This document shows positions 49,101-59,900 of a stretch of 64,000 bases of DNA, in pieces. The position numbers were made by a program, and so were the translations under genes. The notes below the pieces were generated by a model that had not been told where the DNA came from, did not search any database, and saw nothing but the letters and a program-made list of their open reading frames with translations. Positions within the stretch are counted from its first letter, which is position 1; each line of letters opens with the position of its first letter. The stretch comes from Antedon mediterranea (taxonomy: Eukaryota > Animalia > Echinodermata): contig NC_092677.1 of assembly GCF_964355755.1 (NCBI RefSeq), positions 11,368,101-11,432,100 of the forward strand, written 5' to 3'.

Positions 49101-51706
49101 GGTCTTATCTTTTTGTTTTCTAGAAATCACACTAGATGCAAAAGAGTTTATAAAACATTTTGGTAGAGATGGTACGGCATTAGCAGAGGAGCTTTCCCCA
49201 ATTGCAGTCGTTAACGGTTCTGGCAGATGCACGTCCATTTCTATGTCTGGAACACAGGGACTTGAAGATGTTAGCAATGCACCGTTTAATGAGGCTCTCA
49301 AGTACAACTACTATGGAATTAAGTACGAAATCTACGTTCCTCTAAATAATAATTTAGCCTTCATCTTTTTTAAACTGAAAAAACTACATTTACAAAATCA
49401 GTGTAGAACAAAAATATGCTTCACAGTCAACTTTCTTAGGAAATTCTCTCAAAAACAGAATTTGGTTCGTCCCTACTTCATTTTTAATTTTCAAAGTGCA
49501 TTTTGAAAACCAATGACTATATTTGGCCAATCATATTTGAACTTAAATTTTAAAAATTCTCCTAAGTGTAAGTAATTTAAAGTGTCATTGATGAATATGG
49601 ACATTCAGGTCCAGCCTATATAATAGGGTGTATGGTTTTGATACAGTTCAGTGAACAACACTGCAATGCAATTTTGAAACATTATTATTGTTATTAATGA
49701 TTTAGCTACTGCTTGGATTCAAGAAATGCAGTATATTATGATGAAAAATATCAGAAACTTGAGTGTAGAATAATTTGCAACGAGACCGCATCAACTTGTA
49801 CAATTGAGCAGGTAGATTCACCAGCCACAATGGCTATAAACCCTGTAAGACGGTCGCCTAGAAAACGCCTTGCAAGAACACCGGTGTCAAAAAGTAAAAG
49901 TCACAGAAAATACCAGTCGCCAAGGAGTGCAAAGAGAAGGGCAAACATGAAACTGGAGACAAGTTGCAAAAGGTGTGGTATTTTTATGAATTTACAATGA
50001 ATATTAAATCATTTACACCCACCAAAATTACACGGATTTATCTATCTGTATCGTAACCCTAGATAATAGTCAAAGTAAACGAATACTTTACACATTTATA
50101 GGCCTTCAAGAAGTCCAAGAGTCTCCAAAGCATGCAAAGGGCCATCTTTAGCAGGGAACACAAGTGTTACGAAATCAGAGGAAGTGATTGCACCTTCACA
50201 AGCGGTGGCTACAGTACCAAAGAAAAGTCAACAATCTGAGAAGACTGCTCAAGTTAAAAAAGGCCAGTCACGATCAGAAAGACATAAAAGAGTAAATTGT
50301 TTTAATTTTCAAATATTTTGCTTGTTAATGCCAAGTATTATAGAAAGAAAAAAATTTTCATAAAATACCGTCACAGTTTGTATAACAGTTTCATCACATG
50401 ACTGTGCAAACACAAGTTCATTTTCATATAGGTCCGGTTCCCAATGCCTACTTGTGGTTCCAAGGACATCTACCTACGGTCAGAGAGCCTTTGCAGTGGC
50501 AGCGCCAACTTTGTGGAACACCCTACCTATCACAATCAGACAGTGCACTTCCCTTAACTCATTTAAGACTCAACTCAAGACTTTCCTTTTCCAACAAGCT
50601 TTTCATTAATTTAACCTTTCCTGTTTTTATTTTTGATGTTCAGCGCATTGAGAGCCTGCTTATATGCGCTATATAAGAACTGACTATTATTATTATTATT
50701 ATTATTTATACAGGGTCAATTTTTTATTCTGTTTATAGAAGCTGAAATATATTGTTGACAATACATTAAAGTCTAAAGGAATTGCAAAGAATGATGTGTG
50801 CTATCCAGGATGTGCACAACGGCTGTTTTCATTGACCAAAAGCTTTGTACAGGTAAATCTGTTTAGATCATAGAGATAATATTTACCTACTAGAGGGTTA
50901 ACTAGGCTAGTGATGCCAACATTTTAAGCATGGATCGAAAATAATTTTCCCAAAGACTTTCTCTGAAAACCCGAAAGAGGGCGTCCCATTTTAGGGAGCA
51001 TTATTATGAATATGCATTATGTTTTATCTGCTCTGCGCTTGCCCTCTGAATGAACTTTTTAATACGCTTTCTGTAAAGCCATCTGTGTAGTTGAATGTAT
51101 TAGACTATGGGCTTTGCATGTCGAAGTATGGGGTTCAAATCACATGACCCAACTTCTTTTTACTTTATAGTGAGAGAGATTATTTAGAGGGTTAGGTTTA
51201 GTTATATTTAGGAAGTAGTTCAGCTATCTTTGACATACAGTATTTTTCAGAGAAAAGAAAAAATGTACGCATTCAGGGACTTCTTAAAATGGCGGCTGTG
51301 TGTCTGTTGAAATAAAGCACATATTTTTTAGAAATCAACTCATTGTTAATGGCAATGAAATTATTTAAGTATAAATATATGTTTTTGTGTTGATATGCTG
51401 AACACACAGTGTAGTGGTGTGTGACTGTGTACGTGACATGACCTTTAACTGGTGTATGTGATTGGCCCATTGCAGCAGCCATTTTGTTGAGTCCTTGCAT
51501 CCACAGTGAATCACTTTTGAACTGTGATTTTATTTTGCCACACACACAAAGTACAGTACCAAAATGATTGCAATGGGTTGTTTAATTTAATATTAATATT
51601 TCTTTAGGATTTAAAGTCTTCAAAAGGACTAGACCAACAGATGCGAAACATAGCAGAAAGCAATGTTGACCAGGTTATCAGTTTTGAAAAAATGAAGAAA
51701 ACATGA
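43124..51706 (+). CDS. MTBP: Mdm2-binding protein MTBP (Sld7 orthologue, Treslin partner), 15 exons: 43124-43175, 43465-43633, 43869-43933, 44178-44437, 45158-45333, 45785-45978, 46071-46229, 46908-47024, 48152-48307, 48704-48838, 49124-49322, 49706-49972, 50102-50291, 50739-50852, 51608-51706 (~783 aa)
   Basis: Blocks matching human MTBP as recalled: LHNLANKLP, GALKRLQCWH, WHGQMSLTDRK, VPEVDLRG, LDAKEFIKHF, YYGINYCLD, SRSERHKR, DLKSSKGL. Exon phases are consistent and the summed length is divisible by 3. The first two exons are the least certain. Confidence 0.88.
44470..44592. mobile_element. MITE family A
   Basis: gtctacactatcaaactagtttgac ... tagtgtagacagct. Confidence 0.75.
44656..45018 (-). 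mobile_element. 5S rRNA-derived SINE (SINE3-type), copy 1
   Basis: Minus strand CCACGTTGAAACACCAGTTCTCGTCAGATCACTGAAGTTAAGCAA...GGATGGAAGACCATCTGGGAATATCAGGTGCTG resembles 5S rRNA. A ~250-bp body shared with copy 2 follows, then a (TAA)n tail. Confidence 0.85.
45371..45677. mobile_element. MITE family B inside the U12 intron
   Basis: TA-cagtagaacctctattaaggggacac ... ctattg-TA. Confidence 0.7.
45426..45539. mobile_element. MITE family A nested inside a family B element
   Basis: Full TIRs, TAA/TTA flanks. Confidence 0.85.
46003..46039. mobile_element. MITE family A, solo right end in a 92-bp MTBP intron
   Basis: ttttttgtcaaactagtttgatagtgtagacagagct-TAA. Confidence 0.7.
46366..46640 (-). 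mobile_element. tRNA-derived CORE-type SINE with an L2-like tail
   Basis: Minus strand has gccaagacactttactcacgcttgcctctttccacccaggtgcataaatg (CORE-like) and a cagcgcttagag...(att)n tail. Confidence 0.6.
46692..46825. mobile_element. MITE family A, decayed
   Basis: gtgcccaaatatggta core and tgatagcgtagagct end. Confidence 0.65.
47083..48068. repeat. ~1-kb minisatellite, 19/20-bp units grading into a 39-bp dimer
   Basis: tagatatcaacctgacccc monomers, then alternating tagatatcaacctaatccc / tagatatcgaccccaacccc. Confidence 0.95.
50430..50706 (+). mobile_element. 5'-truncated L2/CR1-group LINE 3' end
   Basis: Encodes LLVVPRTSTYGQRAFAVAAPTLWNTLPITIRQCTSLNSFKTQLKTFLFQQAFH* (ORF2 C-terminus), then a cagcgcattgag stem and an (ATT)n tail. 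Confidence 0.85.
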
Positions 51707-52056
51707 CACTGTTACACAATGTTTAAAATCATGTGACAGTGTTTATTTAATGGGTGAGTGATGTACACTAGACCAACGTTAGTGAACATGCCTATTCATT
51801 CATGGGAAAAATTGCAAAAGGCTTCCTACTTTCTAGGAGTTTTATCAGATAATCTATATTGTTTTGACAACTCTTGTAACATCACCAGAGTGCTGATTTT
51901 GCCATTTCCCCTACCTGTATTGTTTGATCTACACATGTAGTACAGACTAATAATTTAATAATTTTTTTTTTAAGTACAAAATTTATATTTTGCCTGTTTA
52001 AAAAATTAAATATAAACTTGTAAGTGTGAGGTAGTAGATATTAGATAGAGATATTA

Positions 52057-52212
52057 AGCTCTGTCTACACTATCAAACTTTATTTAACAAAAAAATGATG
52101 TGATGTACCCATATATGGACATAATGACATCATATCACTACCATATTTGGGCACATTACAGTACTACCATATTTGGGCACATCACACTTTTTTTTGTCAA
52201 ACTAGTTTGATA
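52057..52212. mobile_element. MITE family A between the MTBP and ACOT8 stop codons
   Basis: Left TIR intact after TTA, right end truncated. Confidence 0.75.
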
Positions 52213-52528
52213 ATCCAAGCAAAGTAATTGATAATAAACATTTCTATCAAGATGTATCGAATTAAATTAATCACATTATCAAAATATATATTTATCAAGA
52301 ATCCCATTGCTTCTAATTATTAATTTAACTAATTATTCTTACTATTTTTTCCCTTTAAATGATAATTAATTGGTTAAATAATTTTATTTTCGATTACATT
52401 TGTTTGGTCAAAGACATTATTATTTAACATTAAAATGGCCTATTCAACAAATTCTTTTTATATATATATATTTTTCAGGTGGACAATACATCTTAAAAAT
52501 AACAATCACTGTTTTTTTCACCATTCTT

Positions 52529-55500
52529 TCATAGTTTATGACGTAGCACTACTTCTTGTGACACTGTCATCACCAGCCTGCCATCCTCTGTCCATATTTT
52601 TCCAGTTGCCATTCCTCTGCCATTACCTTCATTTGTAAAATAGAACATATTACTATGTATAAAAGTCATTTATTTTTTAATAGGTTATATTGCATGATAG
52701 ATATGCACTATCATGCAATAGAACATTATTATTATACAGATATATACATATATACTAATTAAATTAAATAGGACCAAAAGTGTCCAAAAGCAGGGGTTCT
52801 ATGGTATATCCAATTTTTAGTAAATATTTCTTCACCTCATGAAAATATAACCTTTCATAATTTACCTCATGCCATTATTTGTACCATTACACTCATAAAC
52901 ATTCATTATTTGTATATTACCTGACCAGTGACTATCAAAGTCAAATAATAACCAGTCGTCCGCACGGAATGGAGCATGGAACCAAATGGTGTGATCCAAG
53001 GAGGTTAACATTCCCACTTTAATCTTGATATTGCTAGCATATACGCATGTCGTTGCTAGGTAGTTGTCGGACATGTAGGCCGCTACACATCTGTGCATAT
53101 TCATATCATCACCTACAAAGAAAAGGATATTATGATAAAGTCATAATACAAAACTTCCTAATTTCTCCAAAAGCGCACCTTTGGCATGAATTAGAATATA
53201 GTGTATTCGATGAACTTCAATTTCAACATGGACTTTCTATCAACAAGGCCATATACATGGCTGCAGTCGCGTGCTCAAGTTAGTGTTTACCAACCAACTG
53301 ACCGACCAACCAACAAAATGCGCTGTAGAGAGGCGTTGCACGCGACTAAAAACACATTCATCATAGAGAATTGCACAACCATCATGTATTTTACTTTGAG
53401 AGAACTCGCCAAGTTTTTTTAGCACTCTTTGTAAAAATAGTGCTTAGTTTAATGGTTGCATTGTACTAAATAGTGTTATATAATTTGTCCTATATTATTT
53501 TGTGATGTATGTGCATGTATCATAAGTCATAAGCCTAATTTTAACAACATACAGATGCCACATGTGATGCATACGTGACACTGTATTACAGAATTTGTCC
53601 ATGATACTGGACAGATAATGCCATATATGCAGAGCTACAGTACAGAGGATGAGGATCTTTTATATCCTTAGTACTTAAAATTGTTATTATTACCAATGTC
53701 GCCTATAGCTCGTACCCATAACACGATTTTTGATGTTTTATCTGTTGGTTTAACGAGTGAGACCGGATCAACACGTCGATATTCCATAGTTATTGCATTT
53801 TCAAAATGAGACCGCACTCTATCCTTGACTGCCTGCGGTACACCCGGAGTACTAGATTATAAAAAAATACAGACAAATTTATTTAATAAATAATAGTAAA
53901 TATATTCAATTGTAGTCAAACATTATTTGTTAATTCATGCTCAAAATTGCACTTTTACAATAACCAAATATTGCTATTTAGCATAATTCAATTTGCTGTG
54001 CACATATATATATATACATATATATATACATATTCAATTTTCAGACAGTACTCTTTCGATCTTATTTGAAATGATATGTACCGCAGAACTGGCACTGACA
54101 AAAAATGCATAAATTCAACGAACATGCTATGCAAAATGATAATACTGTAGTATTCACAACAAAAATGCACAGATTCGAAATAAAGATTACTCCACAAAAC
54201 AACATACTATGTATATAGCAGTAGGCCTATATATAGTAGCCTAAGTATGCAATTTGTTGATAGTACTAACTGTATATATAATTAATATGTATGTTAGTGT
54301 ATTCAAGTAATAGCAAACCTACGCCTCTAGTTTGTGCAGAAGTTGCTCATCTGAGAGCAGATTTGAAGGTAGCGGAACATCTGGCATCTGGCATTGGTGT
54401 TGAAAATGAGATACCTCTTGACGATGGAATGATATAATCATGGTAAAGATAGACTTGCCATTCTGCACAGCTTGAACAAGTCTAGTTGCATAGCTCTGTC
54501 CATCTCGTAGATTCTCTACTTTGTAAACAATTGGTTTATTACGATCACCTGCAAAAATAATTTTTAAAAATTGTAAAAATGACAGCTGAGATGAAATTAA
54601 ATAGAATATGATTATTATTATGATTCAAGTAAAATACTGTATATAACGAGTTAAGAATGATAAAAATTATGATTAAAAAGTATAAAGTTATCAAATATCT
54701 TTGTAGTAGGCACACAAAGTGCCAAAATATCTAGGCACCCTACATAAGAATCGTAGACAAATGGAATGCACTACATTAGACAGTTCTACTACTGTATAAA
54801 CAATTTAAATCATATGACAAACACATTCACACATCCAAGAGAGGAGGCAGTTAACATGAGTATTAACTCACTTGCGTCCTAATTCACTTAAAAGGTAGAG
54901 TATTAACAATTTGCATTACCTGCTCGCAAAAAGTAACAGTGTAAGGAATGAACAGATAGATTACTGTCAACTGTATTACCAGCGGCAACCTGTGCTTGCC
55001 CCACCACTTGCCCTCCATAAACACGTTGAAGATTACTTGATTTCCAACTATGATGTGCTCTGTTTAACACATTTTTGAAAAGAAAAAAGGTGTCAAAATA
55101 CAGTATCAGTACTACACTATACACAGTCTCGTACTCGTGAGTCGTAGTAATAACATAATAATACTAATAGTATTATAATTATAATTAATAATAATGTGTG
55201 GCTTAATATTAATAGTTTTTGCCCAGTAACTGTCCTGAATCCAGGCTGCCAATGGACGGCCGGAGGTGTCCAAATTTCTAGGCACAACTCCTGGTAGTTT
55301 GAGATAGTGCGATCGGTCTACAGTACAGGCGTTGCCTAACGGCCTGGAGTGAGTTGGCCTAGCCTAGGCTAGGCTACGCATACACTTTTGTAGGCATTAT
55401 TTAACTAATACTATTATGCTCATAGGAGGCCTATTCTAACCTGTAAATATTCTCTTCTATTTTCTCCAGGTTTAAAATACAATTTACTAAATAAGACCCT

Positions 55501-55556
55501 CCTTGAGACTCTTCATTTACATAAGATCTAGGCCTAGCTGATACGGGTACGTCCAT
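52529..55556 (-). CDS. ACOT8: Acyl-CoA thioesterase 8 (TesB family), 6 exons: 55556-55441, 55059-54920, 54548-54323, 53851-53694, 53112-52921, 52626-52529 (~309 aa)
   Basis: Motifs RVYGGQVVGQA, HSLHCYFLRAG, RDGQSYATR, AYMSD, SLDHTIWFH, GRG..TGKIWTEDGRL..QE; phase-consistent junctions; ends HKL-stop. Confidence 0.93.
53242..53352 (-). mobile_element. HINE/DINE-1-like element, second copy
   Basis: Reverse complement has the same TTTTAGTCGCGTG ... CACGCGACT ... GGCCTTGTT organisation. Confidence 0.6.
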
Positions 55557-56937
55557 TTTTCTAAAATACACAAACCACTCACCACCACTGTCCACCGTCG
55601 GATCGGATCGTACGATCTCTGTTTGAATAAAGAAGGCGGCCTAGCTATGTGTTGGCCAATGTGTGGTCACGTGCACTTGTGCACGGGTATTTCCCACAAG
55701 TCGATCTCTGCACACTGAAGGGAAATACCCAAATCTGCTAGGGAGTAGAGTCCAGTAGTTCGTCGGGTACATTTATTAAAAGGATTGTAATGTAAATAAC
55801 TAAAGCCATGAATGGCATTTATTTTAAATAAATACTAACTACTGTATATTGAATGTTGAATATTAATATTTATTATGTTTGGTCCACTAATATAATATTA
55901 GTTTGATAATATTAAAACCCCGACGTATTTGATCATCTTTATTCGGTTTTCTTAAAATATGTGCTAGTATAGTTAGTTTAGTTATAATGGGAAAGTTTAG
56001 GCGATGCCTTTTTAACTTTTTGCTAGTGCAACTTGTCTCTCTTTGAATGTGCCTTGTGGTAAATAAAAACCATAGACACAGAGTAACTATAATTACTATT
56101 ATGATAATATTTTTTGGATATAATAATATATTTTGGAAATGATATTAATATGTAGTGGTGTGAACTAGTACGACATGTTACCTGGCTTGCTGCTTCATTC
56201 ATATTGAAATGTATTCTACTACATTATTGGTATTTATTATTTATAAACATATTTTACATCGATATCATTTCCATATAATATAAATGTACTAACACATGAT
56301 CCATAATTAGTTATTTTAGTTTTTAAATGATATATGCATATTATGAGAAGCGCGTGAGACGAGTTGATTTTGATGTAAGGGGTTTATTTTTGGTATAAAA
56401 TATAGCTCGATGAGGGCTCTTTTCGAAAACACACATTTAACACCCACCACAAGTGAGTAGGCCCATTAACCAGGACCTCTAAAGTTATTGATGTTTTCTA
56501 TACACAGAGTAACAATCGGTAAATATAAAATAGTTTTTATATTATTTAATGATTATTAATTTGAATTTAATATAAAAATAGGACCGAGGTCATGATCCAT
56601 CCACTGTATAAAATACTAGCTATTAGGTACTTATACTAGGCCGTTACGACGACGATGCTAGCTAGGCTAGCCTAGGCCTAGCTAGGAGGTATTATTTTAG
56701 GCCTTGGTGTGTATAGAAGTGGTTGGTTGTTTTTTTAGGCCGGCCTACCACCTGCTGGGTGATGAAGGTTAGCTAAGCCGGCTAGGCTAATAATAATATT
56801 AATTATACCTGTGCCTACCACACGCCATCAAAGCCAACATGATAGAGAAAGGTAGTAAGGTATAAAAAAATATATTTTGTTTATTTTAGTTTTGATATTA
56901 TTTTTAATATGTAAGCAAAATAATCTTTTTTTTTCAG
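55557..56937. promoter_or_regulatory. Divergent ACOT8/ADCK5 promoter region
   Basis: Head-to-head ATGs 1.4 kb apart; GGCCAAT (~55654), E-box GTCACGTG (~55666), inverted GGGTATTTCCC/GGGAAATACCC pair. Confidence 0.55.
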
Positions 56938-56963
56938 AATCAGTGTGATCAAGTGAAGACACC

Positions 56964-59900
56964 ATGTTACAAAGATTACAAAACTGTCTTCTAATTTCAA
57001 GTAAATCGATTCAATTATTAAATACTTCAAGATTACCCACGACGTCTCCTCTTCGGATAAAAAGTAGTTTTCGACTTTTTAACGGTTCACGGCCAAATTC
57101 TTCATCTATAAAATCAAGAAAAACCCTGAGGTTGTTACTGTTGATCAGTTTGCCATTGGCAGCTGGTGGTTTAACATTTCTGACCCTCAGTGATGTCCAA
57201 AGAAGAAAGCAAAGATTTATGTTAGAAGGTGTAGGCCGATTTATTAGGTAAGCAGAATTAAACACCGAAAAAATATCAAAGGCACAACAACAACAACTGT
57301 ATATAATTAGTAAAAGTTAAAATATAAACATATCTCCTGCTTGACTTCATTAGTGGATATGGCTATTAACATGGCAATATATATGTTGCCATGTTCAGTG
57401 TTGTAGCCACGAGAAATAAAGCGGTGCTGATTTTGCAAAAAAAGGGAACAATCTAAGGCCTATGTGTAAAAGCGGTTAGGTTAAAACCTTACCAACCGTA
57501 CTGGTGGCTACAGCCCTGAGGTTGACGGTTGTACTCCTCAGCAACCTACTACACATGTTCCCGGGTGCTAAAGAATTTTATAAACATATGGACAATAACA
57601 ATCGAATGCCGCTGCATGTTTTTTTAAACACTTTTTAGTCGCGTGGACGCGACTCTTTAGTTCACTATGTCTGTCTGTCGGTCTGTTGTTCTGTCCGGTA
57701 TCACTATGCGTTTTAGCACGCGACTAATGGCTGTTGGCCTTGTTTTTTCACAGACCAGCCATAGACATTGTCAGACGGAACTATTTTTTTGTTATATTTT
57801 AACCATTCTTTAAATTTGTTTTCCTTTTAGATCATTATCTGTTGGGATCACAATTTCTCTTGATTATTGGTGGACATTTAGAGGTCTATTTGAGAATGGT
57901 GAGATGTACGATTTAAAAATCAAGGAATGTCATACGAGAGCAGCGGATAGAATAGTTGATTGTGCAATTGCTAATGGTGGCCTGTATATTAAGCTAGGCC
58001 AGGGTTTGGCAGCAATGAACCATATACTTCCTGAAGAATATACTAAAAGATTACATGACCTCGAGGACATGGCTTTAACTAGAAAATCAAATGAGGTTAA
58101 TAATATTTCACAATGATATATAAATCAAACAGCAAATACTGAAAAACGACAATGCTGTGGGTATCAGTGGCTGGATCTCAATGGAGATACAAATAAAATA
58201 AGCACTGAAAAACGACAATGCTGTGGGTATCAGTGGCTGGATCTCAATGGAGATACAAATAAAATAAGCACTGAAAAACGACAATGCTGTGGGTATCAGT
58301 GGCTGGATCTCAATGGAGATACAAATAAAAATAAGCAAGATCAGTGGCTGGATCTCAATGAAGATACAACAATAAAACTTTTATTTTACTTTACTAAGTA
58401 GTAAAGTAAAACAACCAGAAAGAAATTTAGTTTTATATATATCTACTGTATATTATATGTGCAGTTTTTTTGTTTCAATTTTTGCACTACTACTATACTA
58501 GATATAACTAAAAGAAAATAAAAATCATCAAAATCAATCAAAAAAATTAATTGTTTCTAGTCTAAAGCTCTGTCTACACTATCAAACTAGTTTCATGAAA
58601 AAATATGTGCCCAAATGGTGTAATGATATGCCCAAATATGGTAGTGATATGCCCAAATATGGTAGTGATATGCCCAAATATGGTAGTGATATGCCCAAAT
58701 ATGGTAGTGATATGCCCAAATATGGTAGTGATATTCCCAAATATGGTAGTGATATGCCCAAATATGGTAGTGATATTACAACATTATGTCCATAATGTGC
58801 ACATTTTTTTTTCACATAAAGTTTGATAGTGTAGACAAGGCTTTAGGTTGGTTATCTAAGTTTTGTCATAATCTTGCCAACTGACAAATAGATAAACATT
58901 TTTGATTGTATAACCTCCCATGGTGGTGGGGTAGTAATAATAGAATAATATATAAAAAAATCTCTTGTAATTCAGATTTACCAGTTATTTAATGAAGATT
59001 TTGACGTAAGTCCTGATGAAATGTTTGCAGAGTTTGACTATAAATGCATTGCAGCTGCAAGTTTAGCCCAGGTGTACCGAGCTGTTACTCACGACGGAAA
59101 GAAAGTTGCTGTTAAGGTGGGTGCATTAATAATTTTTGATAATCATAATTTTTGACATGTTGCCAATGATAGTCACAAGGTGGCAGCCCTCTTTACAAGA
59201 TGCTCTACACAAAGTCTTTTGGAGTAGAGCTTTTTTGAAATTGTAAGAAAACATTCTGGGATTGGACAGGATTTAAACCCATGACCCTTGAATCACTTAA
59301 GCTCTGTCTACACTATAAAAAAATGTGACATGACGTCGTCGTATCATATTTGAGCATATATCAAACTAGTTTGATAGTGTAGACAGAGCTTTAGCTGTGT
59401 GGATCTGACCACCAAGCTACAACTCCCATCTTCCAGCATAAATGCCACACAATAAACAAACAATTATTCAGATCTTTGCTAATTCTATTTTTGAATTTGA
59501 ATGAATTTGAATTTTAAAAATTAACAGAGCATTTTATTGTTTAGGTACAGTACATTGATTTACGTGATAGATACAAAGGTGACATTAGAACATTGGAGAT
59601 ACTCTTGGATTTGATTGGTTGGATGCATCCATCGTTTAACTTTAGATGGGTGTTAAAGGTATATTATTTAATTACTTATTTAACACGTTGAAACACTCAT
59701 TCTCGTCAGATAACCAAAGTTAAGCAACGTTGGGCTTTGTTAGAGCTTCGATTGAAGACCATCTGGGAATATATGGAGCTGAGGTTCCATTAGGAATTTG
59801 AAATCTGCATTGCAGACACTTATGGCAGCCCCTGTATCAAGTATCTGCCTCAGATGTATTGACTTATGCCTTTCCTCTGGTCAAGGTGGACACGGGAAGG

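Noticed and set aside
51274-51497. YY1-like AAAATGGCGG motifs suggesting an internal promoter
   Set aside because: They form the imperfect inverted ends of a probable decayed MITE; no TSD or other support.
53122-53130. ATATCCTT on the minus strand in an ACOT8 intron (U12 donor-like)
   Set aside because: It sits in the acceptor pyrimidine tract, not at an exon boundary.
57368-57395. CATGGCAA...TTGCCATG hairpin (also 52689-52720 and 45062-45077) as further excision scars
   Set aside because: No flanking 7-bp direct repeat.
59681-59785. Possible functional 5S rRNA gene (also 44908-45013)
   Set aside because: The 5' end is degenerate, there are many substitutions, no T-run terminator follows, and it is fused to a repeated body. 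It is a SINE head.
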